From Trichosphaerium sp. ATCC 40318 (taxonomy: Eukaryota > Protista > Tubulinea), in contig JALMLS010000256.1 in assembly GCA_038496445.1 (NCBI GenBank), forward strand, positions 62,001 through 126,000: a DNA stretch of 64,000 bases, given 5' to 3'. Position numbers and translations under genes: made by a program. Numbering within the stretch: position 1 is the first letter of the stretch; each line of letters begins with the position of its first letter. The notes beneath the pieces are model-generated. The model did no database searches. It was not told where the DNA came from and saw nothing but the letters and a program-made list of their open reading frames with translations. Positions 47,883 to 61,595 of the stretch are shown here, one piece after another.

Positions 47883-48181
47883 TATTTTATAGCCACCTAC
47901 ACGAGACTTAAAAATTGATGACTTAAGCCAACATCTTTTCTGAAAGACAACTCGCTATCAAAGCACGTTGCTACTGTTTTTGTAGATACGGCCAGATTTC
48001 ATACAGTTTAGCGTTTAAATAGTAACTGGAACACGTGTGTTGTGGCTTAATTCAGTCAACACTTAGTGCAGTAATTTTACAATTGTCAAGCGTTAACCAA
48101 GTATAGTAACAATACTAGTGTAACAACGTCGCCTAACTCAGCGTTCTAGTATTACTTGGTGAACATCACAAACTTGATTTG

Positions 48182-50242
48182 ATGGCAACAGTTAAAACAA
48201 GTAAACTACGTACGAAAACTCTTAATCTGAGCGTCATTCTCAATAATAACGTGTTTTAAGCGCCAAATGAGCTGGTAATACAACAAAACGCTTCAATTGC
48301 TTCTAATTTACCATATGACGTTCTCTGGATAATATCAAAGCGCTTGATATCACCAAAAGATCAAAAGAAAACACTTACATTCCGTTTGGTTAACAAACAT
48401 TGGAACAAAGTTATTATATCTCGTGTGGAGTGCCTAGAGCTTTTTTGGAGCGATTCAAACTCTACCAGTGCATTACGTAATCTTGCATCTTTCCCACGTG
48501 TTTCACGTTTTTCAATAATATCACATGACATACTATTGAAGGAGTCATCAATACGTGATATACTTTCAATGATTTCGCCGTCCAAACTTGTTCATCTATC
48601 TGTGGAGCACTGTTCGAGCATAACTCCGAATGTGTACAATGTATTGACTCAGTATACAAGGTTAGAGAGCTTCTATATAACTAGCACTATAAAGGACTTC
48701 AATTGGATTAAACAAATGACTCGCTTGAAGAGTTTGACTTGTCAGATGCCACGGAAAGTAAATTACTCGGATCTTGTTCAGTTGACACATCTTGAGACAT
48801 TAGACAGCTCAATTTGTGGTGCTGAATCAAGTTGTATGACTAACTTGAAAGCATTGGTAACAGATTCGTTCAATACTGGTCGTATTATAAGACATGAGGA
48901 GCTTGAACATTTGACTTTAAGAAAGTATAATAATCTTGAGATGTTCTCGATGTCGCTGTTTCCAAAGATTAAGACTTTCTCATATAAGTTTGAAGTAATG
49001 ATACGTGGAGAGAGATATTCTTGTTTACCAATGAGATATAGCTTACAGTTCCTCGATTTTCCAACCATTCAGGTAAGTAGATGTGACTCTTTTTAATGTT
49101 ATTTTTCTCATAATTTTCTTCTTAAATGCAAACTTCAACTGCTTTTTTGTTTCATTCATTGCGCCTAGAAGTCAATTCTTAATAAGACTAAGCAGTGATA
49201 AATACTTTGTTTGATACTGTTGATTAACTTCTTGTTTACAGAGATTACAACTTTACTATGATGGCTTCGCTACACCTCATCTTGAAGATTTCCAAGACTG
49301 TAAGCAGTTAGATAGTCTTTATCTTGATGCTTCAAGGATGGGTCTTTCGCACAGTGACCTTATTACCAGTGTTATTGATATTTCTGGACTACACCTGCTC
49401 ACAACTTTGAGGACACTTCGAATAAAATACAGGTACCTCGTTAACATGGACAGGGTTTTTAGTCACATGGATAAAATGACTTTCTTGGACACGGTTGGTA
49501 CGACTTTGTATCTTGCTTCATTCAAGAGCTAGCTCTAGTTCCAATGTTCTTGGATTTCTTATGAAATGTTTGTGCTAACTATTTTTTTTTTTCAAGTATG
49601 CAACGCTGAGCTGCCAGCAATATGTTTACAGTCATTAACTCAATTAACCTCACTTGAATTAACAATTACAAAAGATAATCCTCAACTAGAATTAATTCTT
49701 CAATACACAAAGTTGACACGACTAGTTGTTACAGTACGTCTTCAGAAAAAAAGATGACTAAAAAACCACCAATTTGAATTCAGCTCCTTTACATTTTCTA
49801 GGCAAAGGGGCACAGTAATGAGCTTGTAGAAGGAATATGTGGGAAATTAACAAGATTACGAGAGTTGGGTATTATAAAGTCACATATTTCAGATGAAGGA
49901 CTTCAAATGTATGTGTTACATCCTTTTTTTTTTGGATTTTGATGGTTTTTCTTCTTCCATTTTTCTTCTCTTTATGATATGTGCGTTGATTTTCTTATAT
50001 TATCATGCAGGCTTTCTGCATTACCGCAGCTTCAAAAACTTTGCTTATGGAGAAATACAACAGTTACCAATGAAGGTATATCGGAATTCAAAAAACAAAA
50101 CATGTATGTATCTGTGGATATTTCTCAATCATTTTCAAACGATGATTTATAAACTGTGTTACTTAAACTGAACACTGCTCCATTTTCAGAACCCAGTGCT
50201 GTTCAGTCACTATTCTCGCTTCACATAGAGCAATCCAAGTAA
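48182..50242 (+). CDS. F-box plus leucine-rich repeat protein, multi-exon
   Basis: SNLPYDVLWIISKRL..TFRLVNKHW; LxxLxxLxL repeats (MTRLKSLTC, LTHLETLD, LTQLTSLEL); end approximate. Confidence 0.75.
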
Positions 50243-50783
50243 GACAAAGATACTGAAGACTCTGGTTAAAGCAGTAAACTTTTATTTACTTACAAACAAT
50301 GCCGTATATATTTACCATTATTTACCAAATATAGGCTTTTGTGGTTTAAGGTCCAAAAACGTTTTATATTTTACGTCTCTTTTTGGCGTCTCTTAATTTA
50401 GTAAGTTGCAAAAGTAGAAATCCAACGCTTCTAGAGCTCGGCAGGTCCAGAGCTATAAACCGATTATTTGTTGCGGTGTCCTAGCTTCCTGCATCTTACG
50501 GAACTTGAAAAGACATGCTAGACTTTGGCAAAACTTTGGCTCTGTCGGTATAGCCACTTTTGGCTCAAACCGAAATTTCAGAATTTTTGTACAGAATTGT
50601 AGAAAAAACTACGAAGGTTTTTGATTGAAAAGCTGGAGGTTTTTGATTCTTGCTGAGTTTGTTTGTGGCTACTCCCCTGTGTTAGTTTGTTATTATTCTT
50701 AAATTATAATGAAGGTACAGGATTTTCATGGTGCGTTGTGGTATCGAACTTAACGAAACTTAAAAACAGATATCAGTACAAGT

Positions 50784-53700
50784 ATGGCAACACCTCTTCT
50801 AATTGTGCTACTTGCACTTATTGCATGCGCTTACAATCAGATACGTACGAATAAATCTCCAAGAAATAGAATACTAGTATCTAACCGTTTATTTCCGAAG
50901 CTCTCCCTTGTAGCGTTCATGTCTCTCCAACAGGAAGCAATACCATGGTACGCTCTATTCTAACCGATAACAACTAACTAGCGGATTTCAGGGTAATGGC
51001 ACTGTTGGAAACCCATTTGCATCTATTTCAAAAGCAGCATCGTTACATGATTGTGGTAACTTAACGTCTGGCAGCAACTCTTGTGTTATTTGTTTGGCAA
51101 GTACGTGCTACAAACGGTTTATCTTTTTTTTATTCGCTAATGGGTACAAGATGGCACGTATGGCTACGATAATGAAGAAGTAGTTCGCTATAGAGCTAGA
51201 TTACGTAAGCATTCCACACATGCTTATCGGCTTTAAAAGATGCTGTTAAACAAGGTAGTGGAGTGTGAGAGCATAAAATTACGTTGTAAGCACGGAAAAA
51301 AGTACTTACTTAAAAGCAAAAACTTTTTGCCTTAAAAGGAAAGTAGCAACATAAACTCCTTGAACACGGTTTCATGATGCCTGCACATTACACAGCCTTT
51401 TAATTGTTCCAAATATGTAGGAACTGAAGTTACAAGTGTTTTACAGCGTTTAGTGGCTAAAAAAGTTATTTGCTCTTTAAAATCAAAGAACAATACTGTA
51501 CAAGCGTCATTCGCGCATAGAATATGCGTTTCCAAGCATAAAACGCTGTTTAAAACAAAAAGGCAAGAAAAAGGTATAATGCCAGGCAATGCCATCGATA
51601 TTCTCTAAACTATATAAACAAATCATATACTTCTGTTTCTACATAGTCACGGTTTGGACCGTTTTGGCCCTAGCCTTTAATATTGGTTTTACGAAAAATT
51701 CCAGCTGTAGAAAACTGGGCCATTTTTAAAAACACATAAATGTGCCAGCTAAAATACATCACTTGCAACGCATGTGAGTATATCGGTGGCAATAACTGAG
51801 ATGTAAAATTGATTGTGTGATAACTTTGGGAAAAAAAAAATGTAAGTGAGTACTTTTGGTGCAAACGCTTTTATCATGTGTATTTTTACAATTGATCATA
51901 GTGGCACCACTATGCCATATACTCATTTTCTAATGAAGAAAAGTGTAGAACATAACATATAACATCAGTGTAGAATAGTAAACCTTTTGTTTCATCAAAT
52001 ATCATTCAACAAACTCCCACATTTGACGCACTTTATTGTGCGTTTACTTTTCAATAACATGCTTTGAGGCTATTAAATACGACCATTGACACCTACTCAA
52101 AGTGATTAAAACATAGTTGATAATGTGTGCAATAAGTATAACTTAGCTAAACAATGCTTAAAAAGTCACAAAATTAAACTATTTTTTAGAGTCATTGTAG
52201 GCTACATCACTGTTGGTGAATGTTTCATACTCTGTATATATTATTCACAGTATGTATGGCTACTATTTACTCAAGCGTCAATCATAAAAAACTATTTTCA
52301 ACATCAAAATAATTTTGTTTTAAAAGTGGAGTGCTTACATAATCTGGCTCTAACTCAGCTGAAAAAGGTAAAAAAAATCCACAAAGTGATTTTGGTTAAA
52401 ACTATTTTAGGACACCTTGTAATCCGTACTGCTAATTCTTCATCTGCAATATTCTACCCTAAGATTGTAAGTACCATAATTCCTATGAGATATGTAACAA
52501 AGTGCTTATATAGAATCCTAGGTTTTCGAGTACACAGTTTTACTAGTCGACCTTTCAGGTAACGAAACTGATATTGGTTGTTGTTATTTAAAGTCGTCTA
52601 GGATTTCGTGCCCAGGTCATATTCAAATCAAATCAAGCTTGGAATAAACCCATGAAACTGGTTGCTACAGTTACAGACTTTGACATAGCAGGTACTTCAA
52701 AACAACTGGCAAAAGACTTTATTCGCAATTGAATCCAGTTCTGCTGTATTGAAGTTTTCGAGGGTTGACTTTATCAAGACTATGAATGTAACGGACAAAA
52801 GTGATGGCATAACTCTTACATTTACTGAATGTACCTTGACACGAGGGTTTCTAAACAAGATACACGTACGTCGGAGAATTTTGTTTTGTGCATTTTGGAT
52901 AACACGTGACAAGGTACAATCAGCAGGCATCTCTACTGTAAACATTGTGGATTCAACAGCAAGCAATGCAGGAGATTTTGAAGTGGGAGGTAACTTTTAT
53001 TATGCTCCGGTTCCTACTGAAGAACTCAAGGCGATAGTATGACTATTAATGTGCAACGAACAACGTTTAAGCGCACACTAATGAAATTGAGAGGATCAGA
53101 AATCAAAATCGAAGATTCGTCTTTACCTGTGTTAATAGCGTGTGCCTTGATTTGAATAGTATAAACAGTGCATCGTCGCCTATAAGTATTGATAGTACAT
53201 TGTTTCAAGGCAATAATATAAAGTCATATATTAGTATTTGGACAGACAAAGAAATTGATGCATATCTTAAGAATGTCACATTTGATTGCGGTTCCGTTAG
53301 TACTTTAAAGTTTGTTCTTGGTCTTAAATTATTTAGGGCATAAAACGACAAGCAGGTCTGATAGATGTTAATTATAGAGGAGCAGTATACATTTATAAAC
53401 AAGACACGAAAACATGTGATTGTAAGTTTCTTGTTAAAAAATCAGAAAGATAACAAAGTTTAGTGCCTTGCTCCCTGGGGAGTACTAGACCAATGTGGTA
53501 TATGAAGTGTTCACAGTGTAGGCATGGATTTGTAGCCGTTGACGATTTATATTGTACTGAGTGTAAAGCAGGCATGTACTTAATTACAAGCAACCATTAA
53601 TGTTTGTAGGAACCTTTGCAAATAGCGTTCAAACAAAATGTGTTGAATGTCCACCAGGCACTTACACTGCATATGAGTAAGTCTTTTGCTCATTTTATGC

Positions 53701-54362
53701 GAAACTAATGCCAGTACAATAGTGGTTTAAGTACATGTAGAAATTGTAGTGATATCTACTATCAAGATTTAAGTGGACAAACAGATTGCAAACTTGTCCT
53801 TTTGGGTATAAAAAAGCAAATAGTACTGCTTGTGTTGAATGTGAAGCAGGTAAATTCTTCGGGTTTTGTTTTGCTTTTTGTATCATGAGACAACACCTGC
53901 GCAGCTGTGTTTTTGTTGATGTATGTAGGAGACCTAGCAATACTGGGTGATTGCGCTAAATGTCCAGCTTTTTCAACAGCTGACTCAACAAAAAGATACT
54001 GCAAGCGTAAGCAAAAATACAGTTTAGTGCTTTGTATAAAGTTGATATTTAATCTTTAGTTAATGGCGCTGGCATTGCCTTGAGTATAGGTTGTACAATT
54101 TTAGGATTTGTTTGCCTCGCAGGTACTTATATTATGATTGAAGAAGCTGTTTCTTAACGTGGTATTAACATGTAATAGGAATTGCTGTTATTTTTATTGT
54201 TTTAAAGAAAAAAGAAAACAAAAAAGACTATGTGGCACTGTAATAGACGACAGTACGAAAAATTTCGCAAATGCAGCGTTACAGCTTCATTCTAATAAAC
54301 GACATTACTCTACAGAAAAATGTACCAATAATTTTAACCAGTCGTTGAAACCAAGCATGTGA
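50784..54362 (+). CDS. Surface receptor-like protein: signal peptide, DUF1565/pectin-lyase-like region, ephrin-receptor-like Cys repeats, TM helix
   Basis: MATPLLIVLLALIACA; VHVSPTGSN..GNGTVGNPFASISKA; CVECPPGTY, CQTCPFGY, CVECEAG; TM GIALSIGCTILGFVCLA; internal exon structure unresolved. Confidence 0.6.
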
Positions 54363-54852
54363 TACAATTAAAAGAGCGTAAATAAATAAGAACTATTCTT
54401 GTAAATATCAACATCACTATCGCAGCTGATGAACACGTGGTTCTCGTCTGCGTCATTACACTTTCATCAGTGATAGTTGAATTAAGCTTCAATAAGAACC
54501 AGATTAAACGCTGAATATCCTCCTCATAGATTTTGGCTTGATGATGAATTTAAAGTGAAGACTAAGTACAGAAAAAAAAAAAAAAGACCTTGCCGCAAAA
54601 TCTTGTCATTTGTAACTGGCTTGACAAACGTTCCAATTAACCAACAACAATTATGCTTGCAACGAAACGTCACTGTACATGTTCAGTATTCCATTCAAGG
54701 AACTGATTGAACTTGACGTTCAAACAGGAATTTCTTCTATTGACCTCTTAGTACAGGAGACATAGCTAGGCCACAAAACTAAGGATAAGTTAAGTTGCAC
54801 GTGTATTCAACAAACGTGCAGTTTTCTTAGTAGTAAAGCTACCGAAGAAACA

Positions 54853-56702
54853 ATGGAAGGTAATAGCTCTTTGCCAGTTAGTGGAGCAATCGCAGATACA
54901 AATGAGGCTGATAACGGCGTATTGGAATGTAATAAGGCCGTGAACGCTTTATCTATTAACGACAAGCTTAATACTTTAACGACGCGAGAGATAGTTAACT
55001 TGAATGCGCCACCAAGGGAGAGATGGAAGCATATTGTCCTAAAATACAAAGGGCACTTCAAAGAGCTTGTAGATTACATTTATTCGTCTGAGCGGGAAGA
55101 ATTTGGGCAAATGTTCGGTAATACTATTGGAGCGACTGTAGCATATATCGCTGGAGCTTTTGGACATAATATCACGCCAACGTACATTCGGTACGCATTT
55201 TGACACAATTCTAATTGTAGAGCATCGGTTTGCGTTACTGCGTCTTTAACATGATACTAGGGACGAACTGGCAGGTATAGCTGATATCACAGAAGAGTTT
55301 GGGCTTAATTTCGGGAGGCTACTACAACTAAACATAGGATACGATTTAATAGCGCGGTACGTTATCAACACGACATGAAATAGAAACTTTTATTCGTTGA
55401 GAGGATTTTTTGATTAAAACCGCGTCGTAGGTGCACATCTGCTGTTGGTACAACGTCTAATGGATTACCTATAATATTACGTAACATGGACTGGGACGCT
55501 GACATCTTTCGGAAGTTAACTATTGACGTTGTATGCCATAAACCCTTTGTTTGTTTTAGCAACTTGTATACAAGCGTCAGCGCTCGTGATTTTGATTTTT
55601 TCAGTGAAACTTCGAAGTTATGAAGCGGTTTTCGTTTTTAATTTTTTTTTCTCTTTCTATTAGTAAAGTATCTACAACGCTTTGATGAACACAGTTCATC
55701 GTATTTTTAGAAAAGAAAATGTATTTTACGCCTTAGTTTGCAAGATCTCGCCGTTTTGTTTATTTCGAGAGCGAAAATTTTACTTATTCTTTTTTGTTTT
55801 ACAGGAATTCCAACGTGATGGCAAGACTGTATATCGTGGTACAACATGGGTTGGATTTGTTGGTATACTTACTGCTGCAAAAATGGAAACAAGTCTAGGA
55901 GCTGGATATGCTGTAACACTCAATTTTCGATGGTACGTACATTATTGGTTTTTTTTTGGTTCAGATTAAATTTCTTTTTGAACAATTTTGTTGGCTCTTG
56001 GCCTTTGATACCGATACCTACAAGAATGAAAGGTTGTTTATGTTTTTCTACTATAAAATGAGCACTTTGCGAAGTGTGAGAGTTGTTTTGTTAAAGGTTG
56101 TTTTGTTTTGTTGTTTGATTGAACAGTGTTGCTTACAGTTTTTTAATAGGGTTGCTACATCTCTCATATGGAATGTTATAGGATCATTAAATAACTACTG
56201 GCCAATATCTTTCCTTATACGTGATGTACTAGAGACCAAACATTCATACGAAACAGCTGTAGAAGCACTAGCAACATCACTTTTAATGGCGCCTACTTAC
56301 TTCATAGTTTGTGGACCTAAAAAAGGAGAAGGTGTTGTGTTATCAAGAAACAGAACTACAGAAGAAAAGAGATACCTACTAGGTAATGAACAAGATGCTG
56401 TTATTGCACAGACAAATTGTGACCAATGGGTTGATAAAATAGACCCAGTGTGGGCTGAAGGAGATCCATTACTTATTGACTCTGTTGAAAGAAGAAATTC
56501 TTTTAAAGAGAATTATAAGAGTATCACAAAGGAAGGACACGTTGATAATTATTTTATACCTTTAGCTTCTACTCCTGTTTGTAATTACCAAACGCTTTAT
56601 TCTGTTATCATGTCACCTGGGAATAGTATTTATAGAAGTTGGACTGTTGGTGATACCAATACTTTCTTGGGAGATGTCAAGGCTTCAACAAACTCAAGTT
56701 GA
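54853..56702 (+). CDS. NAAA/acid ceramidase-family Ntn hydrolase, second paralog (no evident signal peptide)
   Basis: IVNLNAPPRERW, ELAGIA, RCTSAV..ILRNMDW, TTWVGFVGILT, PISFLIRDVLE, GEGVVLSR, QTNCDQW; may extend further 5'. Confidence 0.82.
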
Positions 56703-57065
56703 TGTACCATTGATGACCTTCAAGTCAAAAAATGCGAAAATTAAAATTAACTTATGGGCAGGTAGAGTCAAAGAGTCACTGCTTGGTTGAAAACGGAGGA
56801 ATTGTAATAGAAGTTAAAGAAAAAAACAATGTAAATACTTTATTTATCTGATCGATTCTAATATTTTTAAACAACATATTGTCCGATAGCACTCAAGTTA
56901 TTTGAGACTTGATCCAAAATTAACAAAAAGGTTTTTTCCCAAATAGCCAAGTCAAAAAACTGCAGACTTAAATTGCTAAACAAGATTTTGAGGAACATTT
57001 TTGTCTACAATATTTAGTAAGTTGGTGGTACTAATAGTTCATGTCAAATTTGAAGCAAACATCAC

Positions 57066-59589
57066 TTATTGTATCAGTTGAATCGAAAATTTCGTTTGAC
57101 TTGCAAAGTATTTAAGCGTACTATATTCACTATAGCATCCAAAGATTTTGATCTAAGTACCACTTTTTTGGCAGTGGTTTCCCGTTGCAATTCAAATAAC
57201 ACGTGTTTTGGCTACAATTTTATTTATTTGACATTTAGTTCACATTCAGAAACTGGTGCGCTTACTTCAATACCTGTGGCAAATACTCTTTTTTTTTGCA
57301 AACTTTTTTTGTATGGAAACAAAAAAGCAGGTCTTAAAACAAGCAAAATAATAATGGCAATGACAGTAGCAACTATCAACGCACATGAACAGCCTGCTAT
57401 TATTGGTACAAGGTATGTTGTAGTACGTGATTGTTGCAAAGCACAAGAAGAAGTATCAAATACAATGATCATTTTGTTACCTTCTAAAACAAAGAAAACA
57501 GTTAATAACAACATATCGTTGTAAAGTACATACCATAAATGCCTGATGCCGCCAAGCAGTTATTCTCTGTTAACGTTATTTTAGGTACATCAATTACTTG
57601 AGAATCACAAGGAGCATCAAATGAAAGAAGAGTAAATGACTCATTGTAATTGATAGTATTGTTGATGACTAGTTCGGAATCTGTTTGTGTTTGCTTGTTA
57701 GATTAATTTCAAGGTAATACGTACTTTCTAATATCAAACAATCATCAACTGTTATTGTAATAGGGCTATTAATAAATATGGAACTGTTTGACCAAGTCAA
57801 GTTACCTATGAAACAAATAAATACTGACAAACACACTACATCAAAGAACAACAATCTATTACCTTGTACACTAAGAGAAGAAAGTAAGAAAAGCTGAGGA
57901 GGTACAATGTATGATGTCTCTACTGTCCAAAGTGAGTCAATACATACAGCACTTTGTACATCATTTCTTTTGCCATCACAAATACAATTAACATCATCAG
58001 GTGTAACTGAACAATTAACACTATTGACAGTCGGTTGCACTGGAGGTATACTTGTTGGTAGTTGTGTTGGTGCTGATGTTGTCGGTGATAACGTTGCAGG
58101 CACTGATATTGGTGGTATAGACGTTGGTGTTTCACTTGTTGGAATTTGTGTTGGTACAGATGTCGTTGGCGGAGATGTTGATGGTGCAGCCGTAGGTACA
58201 CTTGGTAGTGGAATTAAAATACTCCCTGTTACAACAAAAACATTATTGCTTGCGTCTAATGTTACGGACTGATAGTCCCCGCCAGATACTATTCCAGCAC
58301 CTATAATAAGAACTTTGAGTGTATGATTGTACAAAAATACAGGCCTCTAAGGCATTGTGATCTGGCTTAAGTGAAGTTATTTCAACGCACCTGTATCTTG
58401 TACTGACCATAAGTATTCAGCTACAACTAGCAATGTATCGTTTCCAAAAGCTTGAAGTTTGTCGATTGTAGAATTGGTTGGTAATTGTTCACCAAACGTA
58501 CTGAAAGATGTGAGGGTTGTACTATCATTTATAACAGCTGTAGTATGAATACAAATGAGCAAGATAACGTCAGAGTAATAAATAAAAAGGAAAGCACATA
58601 CAAACATTCTTGTGTACATAAATAATGTCATCAACTGCTATCATTAACCACTCACCCAGAAACGTACATGCCTAAATGCATCTGGTAAGTACCATAAAAT
58701 GTACAAGTTATTTATATTATATACGCACTCGCACAGATGGTACAAGTCCAATTGGTATAAATCCTTTTTGTTGAGGTATGATATCTGTGGTTGTAAACTC
58801 ATACAAATGAATACCCTTCAGTGGGTTTTCGCTAACTGCAACTGCCATGTACCGGCCAGCGTCATCAATTTCAAGCTGTGTAATGTGTATTGCATTTATA
58901 CCATCAATTCCGTTAGCACTCACGTTAAACCCGCCGACTCTGACAAGTGTATTGTCAAAAATGACCTAAAAAAAGTAAGATTGTTGTTTTACTACCACGC
59001 GAGACTAGGTCTACGATAACAACTTTTGGGCCTAGTATTGTTGCAATCTAATACTAAAATAGCATAAATAAATAATAGCTTCTGCGTACAATATCGTCAA
59101 CCACTCCACCACCAGCATACAGATATTTTTCGTCATCATCTCGAAAATCCATAGCTTAACACGTGTTAACCATGGAGCATGAGTTCACAAAGTTATTCTA
59201 TCTCACCTTTTGGTGTGTCACCTTCAATAAATTGGCCAAACGGTATGGCTTCAACAATAGCTCCTACGACAAGTTAAACAACGACATTTAAACTAATAGA
59301 CTCACCATTTCCGAATCTCTCTTGTACCGCTCCAATGCGGCCAAATAACACTGTGTTGCGAGTCTTCGAACCAAGAAGTGAAACAATTGGTGGTTGAGCG
59401 GAACAAAGCGAGTTTTCTGTGAGGTCTTTAAAAGAGTTTGTGAGTACCTACTTACGCAATAGAAGTTTGTTGGAGCAAATGAAAGCAAATTTAAGTCACC
59501 ACAAATGAAAATCGTCTCAAAACACTGTAATTATGCTACGTACCTATTTGAACACATACAAACGCAAACAACAGCGTCAAAAGATACAT
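57066..59589 (-). CDS. Uncharacterised single-pass surface protein (paralogous C-terminal domain to 12512-14081)
   Basis: MYLLTLLFAFVCVQI signal; PTS/PTT linker; NCICDG..AVCIDSLWTV..LSSLSVQGNL; TM YLVPIIAGCSCALIVATVIAIIILLVL. Confidence 0.62.
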
Positions 59590-59749
59590 ACACGATATTT
59601 TCAACCCTAATTCTGCATTATTGCGCTTCCCTTTTACAATGAGAGTATACGCACTAAGCTTTAAGACTTTTTATTATATGGAACACTTTACCATATTAGG
59701 CATGCGTTTGACGATCAAAATCTTCTCGAAACAGAAAAAGCACCAACAC

Positions 59750-60022
59750 TAACGCCCTTCCGTTCATTATTCATGCACACAGTAAACGGTCGAAAATTGT
59801 GCAATTTGATGGCTGATTTTGACTGGATTTGTGGGTTTTGGTGTTCTGTTGACTATTCCGATTCGGTTTTCAAATGCAACTTGTTGAATCTATCCATTTG
59901 GAACATCGCTAGGTGCTACAAACCAAAAGCTCCTCAACGCCATGACTCACCAAACGCCCATGAATATGGCTTACGGGACAATGAATATGAATATTGCTTG
60001 TATTCATAACGGAAGGGCGTTA
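59750..60022 (-). mobile_element. MITE copy 3 (inverted, internally deleted) with 8-bp TSD ACCAACAC; hAT-like
   Basis: ACCAACAC|TAACGCCCTTCCGTT...AACGGAAGGGCGTTA|ACCAACAC. Confidence 0.9.
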
Positions 60023-60458
60023 ACCAACACGACTTTGCATTGCACCATTTTCTCGCTAAATCAGAGTTCTGACATTACTAACATTGAATAAGTGGAAACT
60101 AACGCTTTCGCGTTAAGAATACTAACTGCATTCATATTCACATGCCAAAACTGTATATTCACTAATATTCATTCATGAATATTTACACATTACGTTTGTA
60201 GGAGCTTGTAAAGGTACTACATACAGTGACCATTGTCTAATCCAAGCCATTTATGTACCTCAAAAAGGTTTGTTTGCGCAGTTAGTTTAAACCTGTCAAT
60301 CACAAACTTGACGGTTTACTTTGTGGTAAAAAAAAAATAGGATATTGTCACATGATTTAAAACACCAAAACGGTGCCTGTCGCCACTTTATGTGTAGTAC
60401 TACTTGTTACAGTATTTTTGACACTACAAAACTGGTAATGGAATAATCATCAACTGAG

Positions 60459-61595
60459 CTACTTTGTTATTTGATGTGCACCGTCTAATGCTTTGATTCC
60501 CTCAGCTGTTATGAACTCACAATAACATAAGGTAATAGTGTGTACGCCAGCCAGAGCTTTTAAACCTTCATCTGTTACTTTTGTATCTGTTAAATTAATA
60601 GCATGTACACCAGCCAATGCCTTTATGCCATCATCTGTTACTTTACAATAGCACAAGTTGATACTGTGTACACCTGCCAATGCTTTTAAGCCTTCATCCG
60701 TTACATTTGTAAGTGATAAGTAAATAGCATGTGCACCAGCCAATGCCTTTATACCCTGGTCTGTTATCAGTTTACAACAATCCAAATCAATAGTATGTAC
60801 TCCTGACAATGCTTTCAAACCTTCATCTGTTACACTGCACTCTGATAGGGAAATCTCGTATACACCAGCTAATGCCTTTATCCCTTCATCTGATATCATT
60901 TCACAACAATCTAGACCAATGGTGTGTACACCAGCCAGAGCTTTTAAACCTTCATCTGTTATATTGCACCCTGAAAGGTAAATTTCATGCACACCAGCCA
61001 ATGTCTTTATCCCTTCATCTGTTATCATTTCACAATACTCCAACGTGATGGTGTGTACACCTGCCAACGCCTTCAAACCTTCATCTGTTATATTACACCC
61101 TGATAGGTGAATTTCATGCACACCAGCCAATGTCTTTATTCCTTCATCTGTTATCATTGTACAATCATCTAAACGAACAGTGTGCACACCAGTCAATGCC
61201 TTCAAACCTTTGTCTGTCACATTTGTATTTGATAAATAAATCTCATGTACACCAGCCAAAGCCTCCACGCCCTTGTCTGTTATCAACTTACTAAGGTTTA
61301 GATAGATAATTTGTACACCAGAAAGCAAAAGCAAGTGACTGTCAAGTGCTGGAAAACTAGAGAACGAAATTGTGGTGTTCTTCAGTAAACGACTACCAGA
61401 AAGCATCTGAACTTCATCTTCACTTATAATACTGATACGACCGTATCCAACGTGGTTGTGAACAATATCTCGCAAAAGATGGCACGTTTGGGCTGTACGA
61501 AGTGTGTACGTCCCTTGTTTGAGAATATGGACTATTAATTCGATTGGTAGAGCAAATAGGTGCTGGTTTGTGTGTTTTTCGTATCCTTCTTCCAT
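60459..61595 (-). CDS. Intronless F-box plus LRR protein (13 short 21/22-aa repeats)
   Basis: HLFALPIELIVHIL..TAQTCHLLR; repeat (I/V)TDEG(L/I)KALAGVHxIxLxxC. Confidence 0.9.
   Translation of the reverse strand: MEEGYEKHTNQHLFALPIELIVHILKQGTYTLRTAQTCHLLRDIVHNHVGYGRISIISEDEVQMLSGSRLLKNTTISFSSFPALDSHLLLLSGVQIIYLNLSKLITDKGVEALAGVHEIYLSNTNVTDKGLKALTGVHTVRLDDCTMITDEGIKTLAGVHEIHLSGCNITDEGLKALAGVHTITLEYCEMITDEGIKTLAGVHEIYLSGCNITDEGLKALAGVHTIGLDCCEMISDEGIKALAGVYEISLSECSVTDEGLKALSGVHTIDLDCCKLITDQGIKALAGAHAIYLSLTNVTDEGLKALAGVHSINLCYCKVTDDGIKALAGVHAINLTDTKVTDEGLKALAGVHTITLCYCEFITAEGIKALDGAHQITK

Noticed and set aside
57907-58272. Gly/Val-rich and Gln/His-rich ORFs
   Set aside because: Alternative-frame or antisense shadows of the Pro/Thr stalk exon
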